Counted from the first letter of the stretch, positions 20,295 through 30,710 are shown. The stretch: 64,000 bases of DNA from an uncultured Desulfatitalea sp. (GCA_963668675.2 CAXXMB010000002.1:1696001-1760000), one strand, 5' to 3'. Numbers and translations: made by a program. Notes: generated from the letters alone by a model not told the origin.

Positions 20295-22037
20295 ATGGAA
20301 CCCAATGGCGGCAGTGTGATTGCCGGTGTGTTGAAAGATCGTGGGGTCGGACATCTGTTTACGCTGTGCGGCGGACATATTTCTCCAATTCTGGTCGGCT
20401 GTAAAAACGAAGGCATCCGTGTGGTCGATGTGCGCGACGAGGCCACGGCTGTCTTCGCCGCCGACGCCATGGCGCGGCTGACCGGCACCCCCGGGGTGGC
20501 GGCGGTCACGGCCGGACCAGGCGTCACCAACTCCATCACGGCACTTAAGAACGCCCAGATGGCCCAATCGCCGGTCGTCCTGCTCGGCGGCGCGGCGGCC
20601 ACGGTGATCCGGGGCCGCGGTTCGCTCCAGGACATCGACCAGATCTCACTGGTCAAATCGATCTGCAAAATCGCCGTCACCATCAACCAGAACTGCGACA
20701 TCGTCCCGGTGCTCGAACACGCCTTGCGGGTTTCCCGCTCGGATGTGCCCGGCCCGGTCTTCGTCGAGTGCCCCATCGACCTGCTTTACAGTGAATCGCT
20801 GGTGCGGCAGTGGTATGGTGCCAAATCGGGTGCATCGGCACCGGAAGGCATCAAAAGCAAACTGTTCCAGTTCTACCTGGACCGCCATGTGGACCGCATG
20901 TTCATGTGCGATTTCGACACCATGGAGCCGATACCGATGGAGGTCACCGGTCCGGAGATCAAGCGCGGCAAAATAGCGTCGGCCGCCAAAACCCTTGCCG
21001 GAGCCCGGCGACCGGTGGTGATCGTCGGCAGCCAAGCCATGCTGCATCCCGACAATACGCAGCAACTGGCGTCGGCAATCGAACGGCTGCAGGCACCGGT
21101 CTACCTGACCGGCATGGCACGCGGCCTGATGGGGCCGGACCATCTGCTGCACCTGCGCCACCACCGCACTGACGCCCTCAAAGCGGCCGACGTGGTCATC
21201 CTGGCCGGCATGCCGTGCGACTTTCGCCTCAACTACGGACGCTCGATCAACCCCAAGGCAAAATTGATATCCATCAACCGCAGCAAAAGCGACTTGAATC
21301 TCAACCGCAAACCCAGCGTCGCCATACACAGCGATCCGCTGGAGGCAATGTGTGAGCTGGCCCAGGCCGCAGAGCTGCCAAAAGAAAAATGGTCGGAATG
21401 GCGCGACACCCTGCGCGACAGGGAGCGGCAGCGCGAAGAGCGCATCGATGCCTTGTCCCGAACTGCCACCGAAGGGATCAATCCCATCGCCTTCCTGAAG
21501 GCCCTGGACGGCATGCTCGATGCGAACAGCGTGCTGGTGGCCGATGGCGGCGACTTCGTGGCCACCGCCGCCTACACCCTGCGCCCGAGAAAGCCGCTGG
21601 GCTGGCTCGATCCGGGACCTTTCGGCACCCTCGGGGTCGGCGCCGGCTTCGCCCTGGGGGCGCAGTTGTGCAGGCCGGAGGGTGACGTGTGGCTGCTTTA
21701 CGGCGACGGCGCCGCCGGTTACAGTCTGCAGGAGTTCGACACCTTCGTCCGCCACCGGATACCCGTCATCGCCGTGGTGGGCAACGACGCCGCCTGGGCC
21801 CAGATCGCCCGGGACCAGGTGAAGGTGCTGGAGGACGATGTGGGCACGACGCTTCTGCCCACCGATTACCACCGGGTTGTCGAAGGGTATGGCGGCAAGG
21901 GCTTCATCATTCAACGCGCCGAAGAGATTGAAGGGACGCTACGAGACGCCCGGGAGGCCGCCCGGAAGGGGCAGCCGGTTCTGATCAATGTGCGCATCGG
22001 CAAAACCGACTTCCGGGAAGGTTCCATATCGATGTAG
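20295..22037 (+). CDS. TPP-dependent enzyme, ILVBL/2-hydroxyacyl-CoA lyase 2-like
   Basis: FTLCGGHISPIL, VTAGPGVTN, KNAQMAQSP, DGGDFV, WLDPGPFGTLGVG, TPP motif GDG..GND, C-terminal TDFREGSISM; RBS AAGGAG. Confidence 0.88.
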   Translation: MEPNGGSVIAGVLKDRGVGHLFTLCGGHISPILVGCKNEGIRVVDVRDEATAVFAADAMARLTGTPGVAAVTAGPGVTNSITALKNAQMAQSPVVLLGGAAATVIRGRGSLQDIDQISLVKSICKIAVTINQNCDIVPVLEHALRVSRSDVPGPVFVECPIDLLYSESLVRQWYGAKSGASAPEGIKSKLFQFYLDRHVDRMFMCDFDTMEPIPMEVTGPEIKRGKIASAAKTLAGARRPVVIVGSQAMLHPDNTQQLASAIERLQAPVYLTGMARGLMGPDHLLHLRHHRTDALKAADVVILAGMPCDFRLNYGRSINPKAKLISINRSKSDLNLNRKPSVAIHSDPLEAMCELAQAAELPKEKWSEWRDTLRDRERQREERIDALSRTATEGINPIAFLKALDGMLDANSVLVADGGDFVATAAYTLRPRKPLGWLDPGPFGTLGVGAGFALGAQLCRPEGDVWLLYGDGAAGYSLQEFDTFVRHRIPVIAVVGNDAAWAQIARDQVKVLEDDVGTTLLPTDYHRVVEGYGGKGFIIQRAEEIEGTLRDAREAARKGQPVLINVRIGKTDFREGSISM

Positions 22038-22069
22038 GGGTCAATCATAGAGAGAGTTTGAAGGGGCAT

Positions 22070-22459
22070 CTACTCCTTGCGGATCGCAATGCATTTGACC
22101 TCCACCAGACCGTTCTTGGGCAGGGTTTTGACGGCCACAACGGCCCGGGCCGGTTTGTGGTCACCGAAGAAACCTTGATAAATACGGTTAAATTCAAGGA
22201 AGTTGGCCATGTCTGCCAGAAAGACATCCACGGCGGCCACATCGGTCAACTGACATCCGCCGGCCTTCAGGATAGCCTGAAGGTTGGCCAACGCCTGGTG
22301 GGCCTGGGCGTCGAAATCATCCCCGACAAACTCACCGCTCTTGGGATCCAGCCCCAACTGGCCGCTGACAAAAACCATATTCCCGCCGGTTCGCCCCTGA
22401 GAGTAAGGCCCGATGGCTGCCGGCGCTCCGGCGGTTTCAATCTGTGTGGTTGAAGGCAT
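22070..22459 (-). CDS. RidA family reactive enamine/imine deaminase
   Basis: APAAIGPYSQG, FVSGQL, PARAVV, LPK..VEVKCIA. Confidence 0.93.
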   Translation of the reverse strand: MPSTTQIETAGAPAAIGPYSQGRTGGNMVFVSGQLGLDPKSGEFVGDDFDAQAHQALANLQAILKAGGCQLTDVAAVDVFLADMANFLEFNRIYQGFFGDHKPARAVVAVKTLPKNGLVEVKCIAIRKE

Positions 22460-22501
22460 CTTGTTTCTCCTCTCTTGTCTTGAGGTATCGGGAGTAGCGG
22501 T

Positions 22502-22846
22502 TCAGCAGGTGAGATGGAAGCAGGCCGCCACACGCTCATGCTCTCGGTGCAACGCGTTGAACCTCCGGGCGGCCGCTTCGGTCCGGTCGGTGATCAGCGC
22601 GATACCCTTCTCTACAAGCGCCGCCTCTAAGCCGGAATCCGCCTTCATCTGGCCGTAGATCCCCATGCCGGCCACGATCAAGCGAGGCGTCGCGACGATG
22701 AGGGGTTTGATATCCTCAAGCGTCAGCCGATGACCCGATGCCCGCCACCACTGATCCGCCACACGACCATCCGGAAAGATCATCAGGTCGGAGGTGTACT
22801 TGCGACCATCGACGGTCATGACACCAAATGAGCAGCTCTCGATCAT
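22502..22846 (-). CDS. Mth938-like domain protein
   Basis: FG..TVDG..Y.SD, WWR..GH, C-terminal FHLTC. Confidence 0.85.
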   Translation of the reverse strand: MIESCSFGVMTVDGRKYTSDLMIFPDGRVADQWWRASGHRLTLEDIKPLIVATPRLIVAGMGIYGQMKADSGLEAALVEKGIALITDRTEAAARRFNALHREHERVAACFHLTC

Positions 22847-23308
22847 GCCAACACCTTCATGCTAAACTCCCCGCGAATCCGGAGTCTAAATGTTATACAG
22901 GTAATGGCCCACCTTGCAACCCTCGAGCGCCGACGGCTTGGTCGGTTTCTGGGCCATCTCATGCCGTCCCACGCCATAGAGCATCTTGTCGACCCAGCGC
23001 GGCAGCATAATGGCCGCCAACGGCCTGAGTACATCCTTCACATAACGACGCGTCGAATCCGCCGTAACCATGAAGATCTCGTTGTCCTTGAATTTTTGAC
23101 CCAGGGCAATGATCCGATTGGATAAGATGCAGCCTAAACGACCGTAAGAAACGTCATGAAAGGCATCAAATGGCCAAACGGTTTGATTTTAAAGGCAGTT
23201 TATGGTTTAGAATTCAACTTTCGGGTTTCAAGATCCGGCGAGTACAGCAGGTGATCAGCACCCGAGACAATCGGATTCAAACAAACAGAGGCCCTGCTAT
23301 TCAATCGC

Positions 23309-23776
23309 ATGGAAATAGACAGATACAAAAAAGTGTTTGGAGTAGGTCCGTCGGGCGCGATTATTAGCCTGGTGCTCTTCGCAATCGCCTGGTGGGTGGA
23401 CCGGGCCCTCGGCCACCTCACCATTACTATCCATTCAGGCGTGACAAATGTGGCCGCCGCAATTCTTATCACAACAGGAGCTGCGCTCCATGTGTGGACG
23501 TTTATAACCCTGAAAAAGTGGTGGTCGAATAGTCGACTGTGTGCGGGTGGACCGTTCCGATGGTTCCGCCATCCGATGTACGCGGCCTGGATTACCTTCA
23601 TCACGTTGGGGGTCGGCTTCCTTTTGAATTCATGGGTATTTGTGGTGTGGTATCTACTGTTGCACCCCATCTGGCACAAGCTTGTCATAAAAGAAGAGAT
23701 GATGATGGCGGATCATTTCGGTGACGCGTATCGGCAATATAGGGTAAGAACAGGCCGCTTTTTTCCAAAATTTTAA
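23309..23776 (+). CDS. Isoprenylcysteine carboxyl methyltransferase family membrane protein
   Basis: GPFRWFRHPMY, EE..M..HFG..Y..Y..RTGRFFP. Confidence 0.88.
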   Translation: MEIDRYKKVFGVGPSGAIISLVLFAIAWWVDRALGHLTITIHSGVTNVAAAILITTGAALHVWTFITLKKWWSNSRLCAGGPFRWFRHPMYAAWITFITLGVGFLLNSWVFVVWYLLLHPIWHKLVIKEEMMMADHFGDAYRQYRVRTGRFFPKF

Positions 23777-23838
23777 ATCCCGATCTACTGGCAGCATGAA
23801 GCGGCGGGGCAGAAATAACTGAGATTTCGGAGGAGACA

Positions 23839-24294
23839 ATGCGGAAGTGTTTGATACTTGGCGTAGCAATGATGGTCATGCTGTCGGGCACTTCATGGGC
23901 CCTCGATGACACGCCGGAGAACAGGGCCAGGCAAGCCGATCGCTATCTGGCGGCGACACCGCCCCGGGAGATGATTCGGGATGCGACGGAACAGATCTCC
24001 CGAAGCATTCCCCAGGAGCAGCGGCAGCAATTCAAGGATCTCATGAACACGCATCTGGACATCGGCGTTTTGGAAGCATCCATGAAGCGGGCCTTGGCCA
24101 AACACTTCTCTGCAGATGAGCTCAAGGCCCTGGCCGACTTTTACGGCTCTTCGGTCGGCAGATCGGCGATGAAGAAGTTTGGCGTCTATATGGCAGATGT
24201 CATGCCGGTGATCCAAAACGAGTTGATGAGAGCCCAGGCAAAAGCCGATCTGGAACTTAACATGCCATCCGCACACGGAAAAAAGCATGAGTGA
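23839..24294 (+). CDS. DUF2059-type periplasmic protein
   Basis: Signal peptide; HFSADELKALADFYGSSVG. Confidence 0.8.
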   Translation: MRKCLILGVAMMVMLSGTSWALDDTPENRARQADRYLAATPPREMIRDATEQISRSIPQEQRQQFKDLMNTHLDIGVLEASMKRALAKHFSADELKALADFYGSSVGRSAMKKFGVYMADVMPVIQNELMRAQAKADLELNMPSAHGKKHE

Positions 24295-24360
24295 AGGCAT
24301 CCGTATCTTCCGCCGGATTGAAAATGATCAGAGGTCTCTTTTTCCGCTTTTTTATGGTTT

Positions 24361-24981
24361 GTGGCCATCCTGCTTGCCATGGCCCAGATGGCGGGCGCCG
24401 ATACAATAGCGAATTTCGTTACAGCGGCGCGCTGGCAGGTTGGCAAAACAGTGAGGTACGACGGCAGCTACCAGGCGCTGGACTACCCCAACGGCGATGT
24501 GCCTCTGGACCGCGGGGTTTGTACGGATGTGGTGATCCGGGCCATGCGGTCCGCCTTTGGCTTCGATCTTCAAAAACGTGTTCACAAGGATATGAAGGGG
24601 CATTTTTCCATCTATCCCCAGCAGTGGGGATTGGCCGCCCCGGACAGCAACATCGATCACCGGAGAGTGCCCAACCTGGAGACATTTTTCAAGCGGCAGG
24701 GATGGTCCTTGCCGGTTTCGGAAAGCGTGCAAGACTACCTGCCGGGTGACATCGTCACCTGCATCGTACCGCCCCGCCTCCCGCACATCATGGTGGTAAG
24801 CGACAGCAAAAACAGGCGCGGTGTTCCGTTGATCATTCACAACATAGGGGCAGGAGTGCGGGAAGAAGATCGCCTCTTCGAGTTCGAACTGAGCGGCCAC
24901 TTCAGAATCAACATTCCTGATCAGACCGGCACTGCAGCTGCAGCATCGGGCCGCCGTCACACAAACCCCGCCATCGATTAA
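24361..24981 (+). CDS. DUF1287 (YijF) family protein; start uncertain, possible frameshifted signal peptide from ATG 24324
   Basis: YDGSY..LDYPNGDVP..GVCTDVVIRA, DSNIDHRRVPNL, PHI, HNIGAG. Confidence 0.88.
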   Translation: MAILLAMAQMAGADTIANFVTAARWQVGKTVRYDGSYQALDYPNGDVPLDRGVCTDVVIRAMRSAFGFDLQKRVHKDMKGHFSIYPQQWGLAAPDSNIDHRRVPNLETFFKRQGWSLPVSESVQDYLPGDIVTCIVPPRLPHIMVVSDSKNRRGVPLIIHNIGAGVREEDRLFEFELSGHFRINIPDQTGTAAAASGRRHTNPAID

Positions 24982-25121
24982 GCCGACGGTCCACCACGGT
25001 ACCGGCCACAAAGGCTATCCGAAAAGAGACAGGCGCATCGTTCTACGGACCACCCCAAACGACTACGGGAACCGCCGACAACACGCCGTCTGCAAGCATC
25101 TTCGCAGCCTTGTTAACAATT

Positions 25122-25700
25122 TCAGTTGGTCATCATCCGGTTGATGGCAATCTTATGGGTCTTTCCGTAGGCCATGATCGCTTCGGGTTGAAAACCACCG
25201 GCCAGGTATAGGTTTAAAAAGGCCGGCGTCTCCAGCATGTGAAGGATATAAGAGAGGTGGCCCGAATAGCCCGTGTCGTCCAGTGCCTGAAGGCGGCCAA
25301 TGGACTCATCGGCCATCTCCATCACCTGCCGGTGGAGCACCGGGGACTGCTCCGGGCCGCATCGTTTGAGTGAATAGATCCGCCGGCAGGCAAACGGCCG
25401 GAGGTCGTATATGCGACAGGCCATGTTCTTTAGCAGAAATGGGCAGGGTGACTTTCGGCCCATTTCTCGCTGGCGGGCGTCCTTGGTCAGGGCCTTCTTC
25501 AGGGCGCTCTGTTGGGGCCGCGGCAGTTGAGCGACGTGGTTGCGAATCCGCACTCCCTCCAGGGTGGTGATGTCGATGCTGCCGGCATCGGTACAGCAGA
25601 AGGCACACCCTTTTGCGCACGTGGCAGCTTCTCTGAAGGGAGCCGTCCGCTCCTCGAATCGGTCGTAGATCACTTGTACAGCGTTGAATCTGGTTTCCAT
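25122..25700 (-). CDS. YkgJ family cysteine-cluster protein
   Basis: CAKGCAFCC, CPFL, CRIYDLRPFACR. Confidence 0.88.
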   Translation of the reverse strand: METRFNAVQVIYDRFEERTAPFREAATCAKGCAFCCTDAGSIDITTLEGVRIRNHVAQLPRPQQSALKKALTKDARQREMGRKSPCPFLLKNMACRIYDLRPFACRRIYSLKRCGPEQSPVLHRQVMEMADESIGRLQALDDTGYSGHLSYILHMLETPAFLNLYLAGGFQPEAIMAYGKTHKIAINRMMTN

Positions 25701-25961
25701 GGAAGTTCCGTAGGTGGCCCGTTTAAGCTCCAGACAGCAGTTTACGCAACAAAGCAGCCAGCACACTGACAATATTCGCGTCCCTGATGATGGTCTGGAT
25801 CACACGGTTATGAGCAGCGTACTGGCACCAGGAAGGCCTGGAGCAGATTGCTTTCAAATCACCCGACGCAAGGTGTGAGGGGTATCATCAGATCTATCCA
25901 ACTCTCTTCTCGGTTGTCAATGATTCCCTACCGCGCTGCGTGGCCCAGCAACGGTGCGCTC

Positions 25962-28900
25962 TCAAGGCTTTAACGGGTCCTCGGGAGCAGCGCTCTTTTC
26001 CGGCGACCCTTTTGGCACTGTTGCTTCCTGCCCGGATGATGGGAGAATCGGTTCAACCAGCTGAACTGGCGCTTTGAGGATGCCACCCAGTATTTCAGTG
26101 AGGCGCGTTCCCACGGCTTTGGGTGACAGGGGAATCACTTGCGGATCGTTCAGCGGGCCTTTCACGCCTATAGGAATGGCAATCAGAGTGCCCTTCAGGA
26201 TCTTGCCCACCACCGGAACGAGCCGCACTACTGAATCTACTGTGGTCAATGGCGAAGCCAGCACGGTGAGATCGAGCTGCTGGGTTGCGACATCGAGGGT
26301 GCCTGTGGCAATCATGTTCAATGCGTCTGCACGAACTTCGGCCGTTTTGAGTTCGACAAGACCGTCCTGTATGTGGAGCTGCAGCTGAAGCGAATCGTAT
26401 TTGAAAGTGCGTTTCCCCATACTTGGGTGATCGCCGGTTATCAGTTTGTTGATACTCAAGTATTCAAGAATGTTCGTAAATAGCCCTACTCGGCCCACGT
26501 TGAGCACCCGGCCGTCTACGACGTTGAAATCGACAACCCCTTGGAGATGGCGAACCAATTCGTCTTCGGTTTGGCCGAAGGTGGAGAGGTTGCCTTTGAT
26601 ATCGTAGGTACCCTCTAAACGCTCGGTGGTTTGTGCTTTGAGCAGACACCCGCTGACAAATTGCAGGGGCCGTTGTTCGGCCTGTTGCTCGCTGTCGATC
26701 CATATGCCCTTTGGCGTTCGGCGCAGCACTCCGCGAATATTGATGCCGCAAAGATTGCCTCGGTGCACTGTGATGTTCGTCTGCTCTTCCTCCAGGGCAA
26801 CCGTTGCGTGCGCTGAATCCAATGTACGCTGGTCATAAACGATCCGGTCGAACGCAACGTCGATGGCACCCCGCAGCTTAAGCTTTTTTTCCTTCGCCTG
26901 GTTGCTCTCACCAGGTAGCGCTTCCCCGACCGGTTGCATGGCCGCCACGATGCTGTCCAGATCCAATGCTTCACCGGTGACATTGAGATCGACGACCAGC
27001 TCCTCTCCGGCCGGACGCATCGAGCCGGATACCCGGGCTCGCTGGCCAGCATACGCCAGATCGAGCGTTTTGATATTCAGGGTCTCCTTTTCGGCATAAA
27101 CATCGGCAATTGCAATGTGGACGACCCCCGGCTTATCACTGGGCGCGGCAATGGGCAGGGTGAGGTCAGCCGCTTCGAGATAGCCATCGAGGGTTGATGC
27201 GAGGGGTCGATCGAGCGCCACCTTAGCCGAAAATTGCCCTTTTGCCCGGCCACGGATGCTGCTCCGTGACCACAACTTGGCAAACGTCTCCCAATCCAGG
27301 TTGCCGTCAAACCGCAGATCCAGCACCTGTGCTGCTTTGTCGAATCGAAGGGCGATATCCGCAGAAGAGTGTGCATCGGCGATGGCAAGCTGCTGAACGT
27401 CGAGTTGATGGTCATCGACGGTCAGACGAGTGCTGAGCGATACATCCTTCTGCACGTTCAAGACGCCTTCCAGGCCGAAGCGGCCTTTCGTCAGCCAAGC
27501 CTTGAGGGGGCCGCCCTGGAGTGCGACGGTCTCAGGCAAACGGCTGTAGCCGGTGCGTGTATCAATATGGTCTGCCGTGATGAACAGATCCGGGTGATCC
27601 AAGGGACCACTCAACCGAAGCCGTCCCGAAAACACGCCTTCGATCGTGTCGATCCGATCGATTTCCGCCAGCACCTCCGGATCGGAAATCAGGCGCTTGA
27701 GCACGGACGGTAGCTCGGCCAAATCCGCATCGAGCCCAATATCGAGGTCGATCGTCATGGGATCTTCGGTGAGTCCCAGTTTCAGAAAGCCGCCCGTTCC
27801 ACGGGTGTTGCCCAGGTGGACAACGGCATTCTTGACGGTCAGATCACCGTTCTTCAGTTGCCACTCCCCCTTCACGTCAGTCAGATCAAGCTCAACGCCC
27901 GGTACGAAGATCCGGCTGTCAGCGGCGAGCCCTGAGATCGCCAACTGCGGCAACTTGCCGATCTGATCCCAGGAAGCCCCGCTGCAGTTCATCTCCATCG
28001 AGGCCAGCGTGCCGCCCTGAATCACCTCGAACAGCGTCCAGCTCTGCAATTCAGGAAAGAGAGCGAGCAGAGCGCTACGCAATCGGGTGACGTCGGTCTC
28101 ACGGGCTTGAACCGACAGGCGCAAGGGGGACGACGCGACCTTCTCCCCCCACTCCCAGACGAGCTCGCCGCTCAGGTCGGCCCTGGGCAGAGCCATACGT
28201 ATCCGTTTCAAAGATGCGTCAATGCGCTGTGGCGTCAGACGGGCAGCCCCTTCCAGATCGATCTTTTCAAGGCGAATGTGCCGCCCTTCTCTTTCGATAA
28301 GAAGTTCAGGGGAACTGAAAACGATCGACGCCTGATACGCCTGCAAGCCTTTGCTTTCAACGGTCAGCGAAAGATCGACCTTGCCGCGGGGCAATTTTTC
28401 AAGACGCGCCTCATCTACAACCTCCGCCAAAGCCTCGACCTTAAAATCGGTCAGTTCAACTGCTCCTGTACCATCCAAGGTGCGTCGATCCAGTTTGGCA
28501 TCGAGCTCAAATTGTCCGGCCGTCTCTGCAGCGCCATCTATTTCGATCGACACGATGTCGCCCGCTTCGGCGGCGCTGAGATCGACACCATGGAATTGCA
28601 CCACTGCTTTTCCATGGCGATTCAGGACAACCCGGCCATCGGTAATATGCAGCTCCCAATCCGAGGGCAAATCGGCCAAAGCGTCTTTCACCTGAATGGC
28701 ATCGCGCGGCAACGATCTTGTTTCCAGTGGGGTTGGGGCCTGTCGATTTGCGGGTAATTCAATGGAGAGCTTCGGGGACTTGACAACCATCGATCTCAAT
28801 TGAATGCGACCGCGAATCAATGGCACGATGTGGGGATGAACGTCGACGCTATCGATATCAAGCGTCAGTTTACCAGGAAGGTTATAGCGAAGATCCGTCA

Positions 28901-29117
28901 ATTCAAGATGGGGCAGCGGCAGCAGGCGCGGCTCCAGATGGACGGCATCCAAGTGGCCCGGAATCGTTTCACCGGCCATTTGCAGCATCCTGGACTTGAC
29001 AGCATGGGTGTTAACGAGGAAGGGCAGGAGAAGATCGAGACCCACCACGAGGAGCGTCGCCCCTCCCACAACCCACAGGACCCATCTGGAAATCCGTCTT
29101 ATAAAATTTTCAGCCAT
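25962..29117 (-). CDS. AsmA-like large periplasmic lipid-bridge protein
   Basis: N-terminal TM anchor, long beta-rich body, C-terminal LVPVVGKIL..VKGPLNDPQV. Confidence 0.8.
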   Translation of the reverse strand: MAENFIRRISRWVLWVVGGATLLVVGLDLLLPFLVNTHAVKSRMLQMAGETIPGHLDAVHLEPRLLPLPHLELTDLRYNLPGKLTLDIDSVDVHPHIVPLIRGRIQLRSMVVKSPKLSIELPANRQAPTPLETRSLPRDAIQVKDALADLPSDWELHITDGRVVLNRHGKAVVQFHGVDLSAAEAGDIVSIEIDGAAETAGQFELDAKLDRRTLDGTGAVELTDFKVEALAEVVDEARLEKLPRGKVDLSLTVESKGLQAYQASIVFSSPELLIEREGRHIRLEKIDLEGAARLTPQRIDASLKRIRMALPRADLSGELVWEWGEKVASSPLRLSVQARETDVTRLRSALLALFPELQSWTLFEVIQGGTLASMEMNCSGASWDQIGKLPQLAISGLAADSRIFVPGVELDLTDVKGEWQLKNGDLTVKNAVVHLGNTRGTGGFLKLGLTEDPMTIDLDIGLDADLAELPSVLKRLISDPEVLAEIDRIDTIEGVFSGRLRLSGPLDHPDLFITADHIDTRTGYSRLPETVALQGGPLKAWLTKGRFGLEGVLNVQKDVSLSTRLTVDDHQLDVQQLAIADAHSSADIALRFDKAAQVLDLRFDGNLDWETFAKLWSRSSIRGRAKGQFSAKVALDRPLASTLDGYLEAADLTLPIAAPSDKPGVVHIAIADVYAEKETLNIKTLDLAYAGQRARVSGSMRPAGEELVVDLNVTGEALDLDSIVAAMQPVGEALPGESNQAKEKKLKLRGAIDVAFDRIVYDQRTLDSAHATVALEEEQTNITVHRGNLCGINIRGVLRRTPKGIWIDSEQQAEQRPLQFVSGCLLKAQTTERLEGTYDIKGNLSTFGQTEDELVRHLQGVVDFNVVDGRVLNVGRVGLFTNILEYLSINKLITGDHPSMGKRTFKYDSLQLQLHIQDGLVELKTAEVRADALNMIATGTLDVATQQLDLTVLASPLTTVDSVVRLVPVVGKILKGTLIAIPIGVKGPLNDPQVIPLSPKAVGTRLTEILGGILKAPVQLVEPILPSSGQEATVPKGSPEKSAAPEDPLKP

Positions 29118-30397
29118 AGCAGCCGGGCGGTGTGCGCCGTGGAATTCTTCCACTGCGTGGGCGTGTCGCGTTTCAAAAAAATCACATCTCCGGGTATCAT
29201 GGACTGCACCGAACTGTTGATGGTCACCTCCAGTTCACCTTCGAGCAGATAACCGAACTCCTCCCCCTTGTGGCTAAAAAAATGGGAGGGGATCTTCTTG
29301 CCGGCCCGTATCTCAAGCAGGTAAGACTCCACACCGGCACGCAGATCAGCCGGCAGCAGATGACGGCCGTCGATACTGCCCTTGGGCAGCTGGGGGAAAT
29401 GGGCCTTTTTGCCTTCACCGGAGAAAACCGTCGGCTTGCGGTCCTCTCCATTGCCGTGGAAGAAGTAGGCCACGTCCACGGTGAGCACTTGGGCCATCTT
29501 GATCAGGGCCGGCAGGGAAGGATAGATCAGATTGCTTTCGATTTGGGAGATGGTGCTGGGGGTCACACCAACCAGAGTGGCCAGCTCCTTTTGGGAGAAG
29601 CTCTGCCGCATGCGGATCGATTTGAGCCGGCTGCCCAGATCGATCTTTTCGGTAATGGGGCGGTCGGCATCAAAACCCACCGATATGCCATCGGCCCAGA
29701 AGAGTTCGGGCTTGTCCAAAGTGCCCGGGTGCCGGTTGTGGGCCTTGAGGATCGTAAGGGCGCTCTTGCCGCGGCGCATCCCCAGCTCGATGGCCACCTG
29801 GGCGATCTGGTTGATATGCGCCTTGAGCCGGTTGCTGTGGGCTCCCTTTTCGATGATCCAGTAAGCGATGGTCTCCAGCTCATAGAGCCGCGGGCAGGAA
29901 CGGGAGTAGAATTTCAGAATACTCTCTTCCCCCTCCCACAGATCCTGCATGCCGGTCAGGCTCTCGAAAATAAAACGCACATCGCCGGTCAAATTCTGAT
30001 GGATACCATAGATCGCCTCGGCCACCTTGGCCGGCTTCCACGGCTCGTTGGCTTTGATGATCTGGTAAGGCCACTGAGCGCCGTCCTTCTCATAAAACTT
30101 GGAGAAGACGGCCGAACCGTCGCCCTTGCCATGCGTGAAGCAGTCGAGAATGGTCAGGCCCGCATTCTCCGCCAAAGGCCCCAACTCCTCCAGGAGGCTT
30201 TTGGGCGAACGGTCGAAGGTGACATAGATCAGGGGCTTGTTCTGCTTCTGGGATTCTTGGATAAAGTTGAGGGTAAAGGGGAACGCCAGGCTGCCGGCTT
30301 CGTCGTACCAGATCACGTTGTCGCCGATAAAGAGACCGTCGAGGCGCTGATCGAGCGCCTTCAGTCCCGTGGAAACCCGCTTTTTCTCGCTAAACAT
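29099..30397 (-). CDS. RecA/KaiC-like domain fused to XRE HTH and cupin
   Basis: VSTGLKALD..LDGL, IYVTFD; HTH SQKELATLVGVTPSTISQIE; cupin HKGEEFGYLLEG. Confidence 0.85.
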   Translation of the reverse strand: MFSEKKRVSTGLKALDQRLDGLFIGDNVIWYDEAGSLAFPFTLNFIQESQKQNKPLIYVTFDRSPKSLLEELGPLAENAGLTILDCFTHGKGDGSAVFSKFYEKDGAQWPYQIIKANEPWKPAKVAEAIYGIHQNLTGDVRFIFESLTGMQDLWEGEESILKFYSRSCPRLYELETIAYWIIEKGAHSNRLKAHINQIAQVAIELGMRRGKSALTILKAHNRHPGTLDKPELFWADGISVGFDADRPITEKIDLGSRLKSIRMRQSFSQKELATLVGVTPSTISQIESNLIYPSLPALIKMAQVLTVDVAYFFHGNGEDRKPTVFSGEGKKAHFPQLPKGSIDGRHLLPADLRAGVESYLLEIRAGKKIPSHFFSHKGEEFGYLLEGELEVTINSSVQSMIPGDVIFLKRDTPTQWKNSTAHTARLLWLKIL

Positions 30398-30452
30398 ACC
30401 TGCTCCCAACCGTCAGAAAGGCGATCTTGATGCTGTTCTTCTTGGCCGATAT

Positions 30453-30671
30453 CTACTCCTTCGGCCACACCTCATTGTCCTGCTCGCGGCTCATGTAACA
30501 GAAGCGGGCCCACTCGAATTCACGTCCGGAGAGGGGACAGCGCAGCTTGACCTTGGCGTCGCTCACGCCCACCACTTCCCAATCGCCGTTGCGCTTGCCT
30601 CCCTCTATGTGGATCTTCTGGCCCACCTCGAAGGGATAGGGCTTGAAAAACGTCACTTTATATCGTTCCAT
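30453..30671 (-). CDS. Small hypothetical protein
   Basis: 72-aa ORF with GGGAG RBS, co-oriented in the operon. Confidence 0.7.
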   Translation of the reverse strand: MERYKVTFFKPYPFEVGQKIHIEGGKRNGDWEVVGVSDAKVKLRCPLSGREFEWARFCYMSREQDNEVWPKE

Positions 30672-30710
30672 ATCAAACTCCCTTTCATTAAATCATAAAA
30701 TCATAGTAAG

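Noticed and set aside
22886..23190. Open minus-strand frame upstream of the Mth938-like gene
   Set aside because: No convincing start/RBS or recognisable family; possibly a gene remnant
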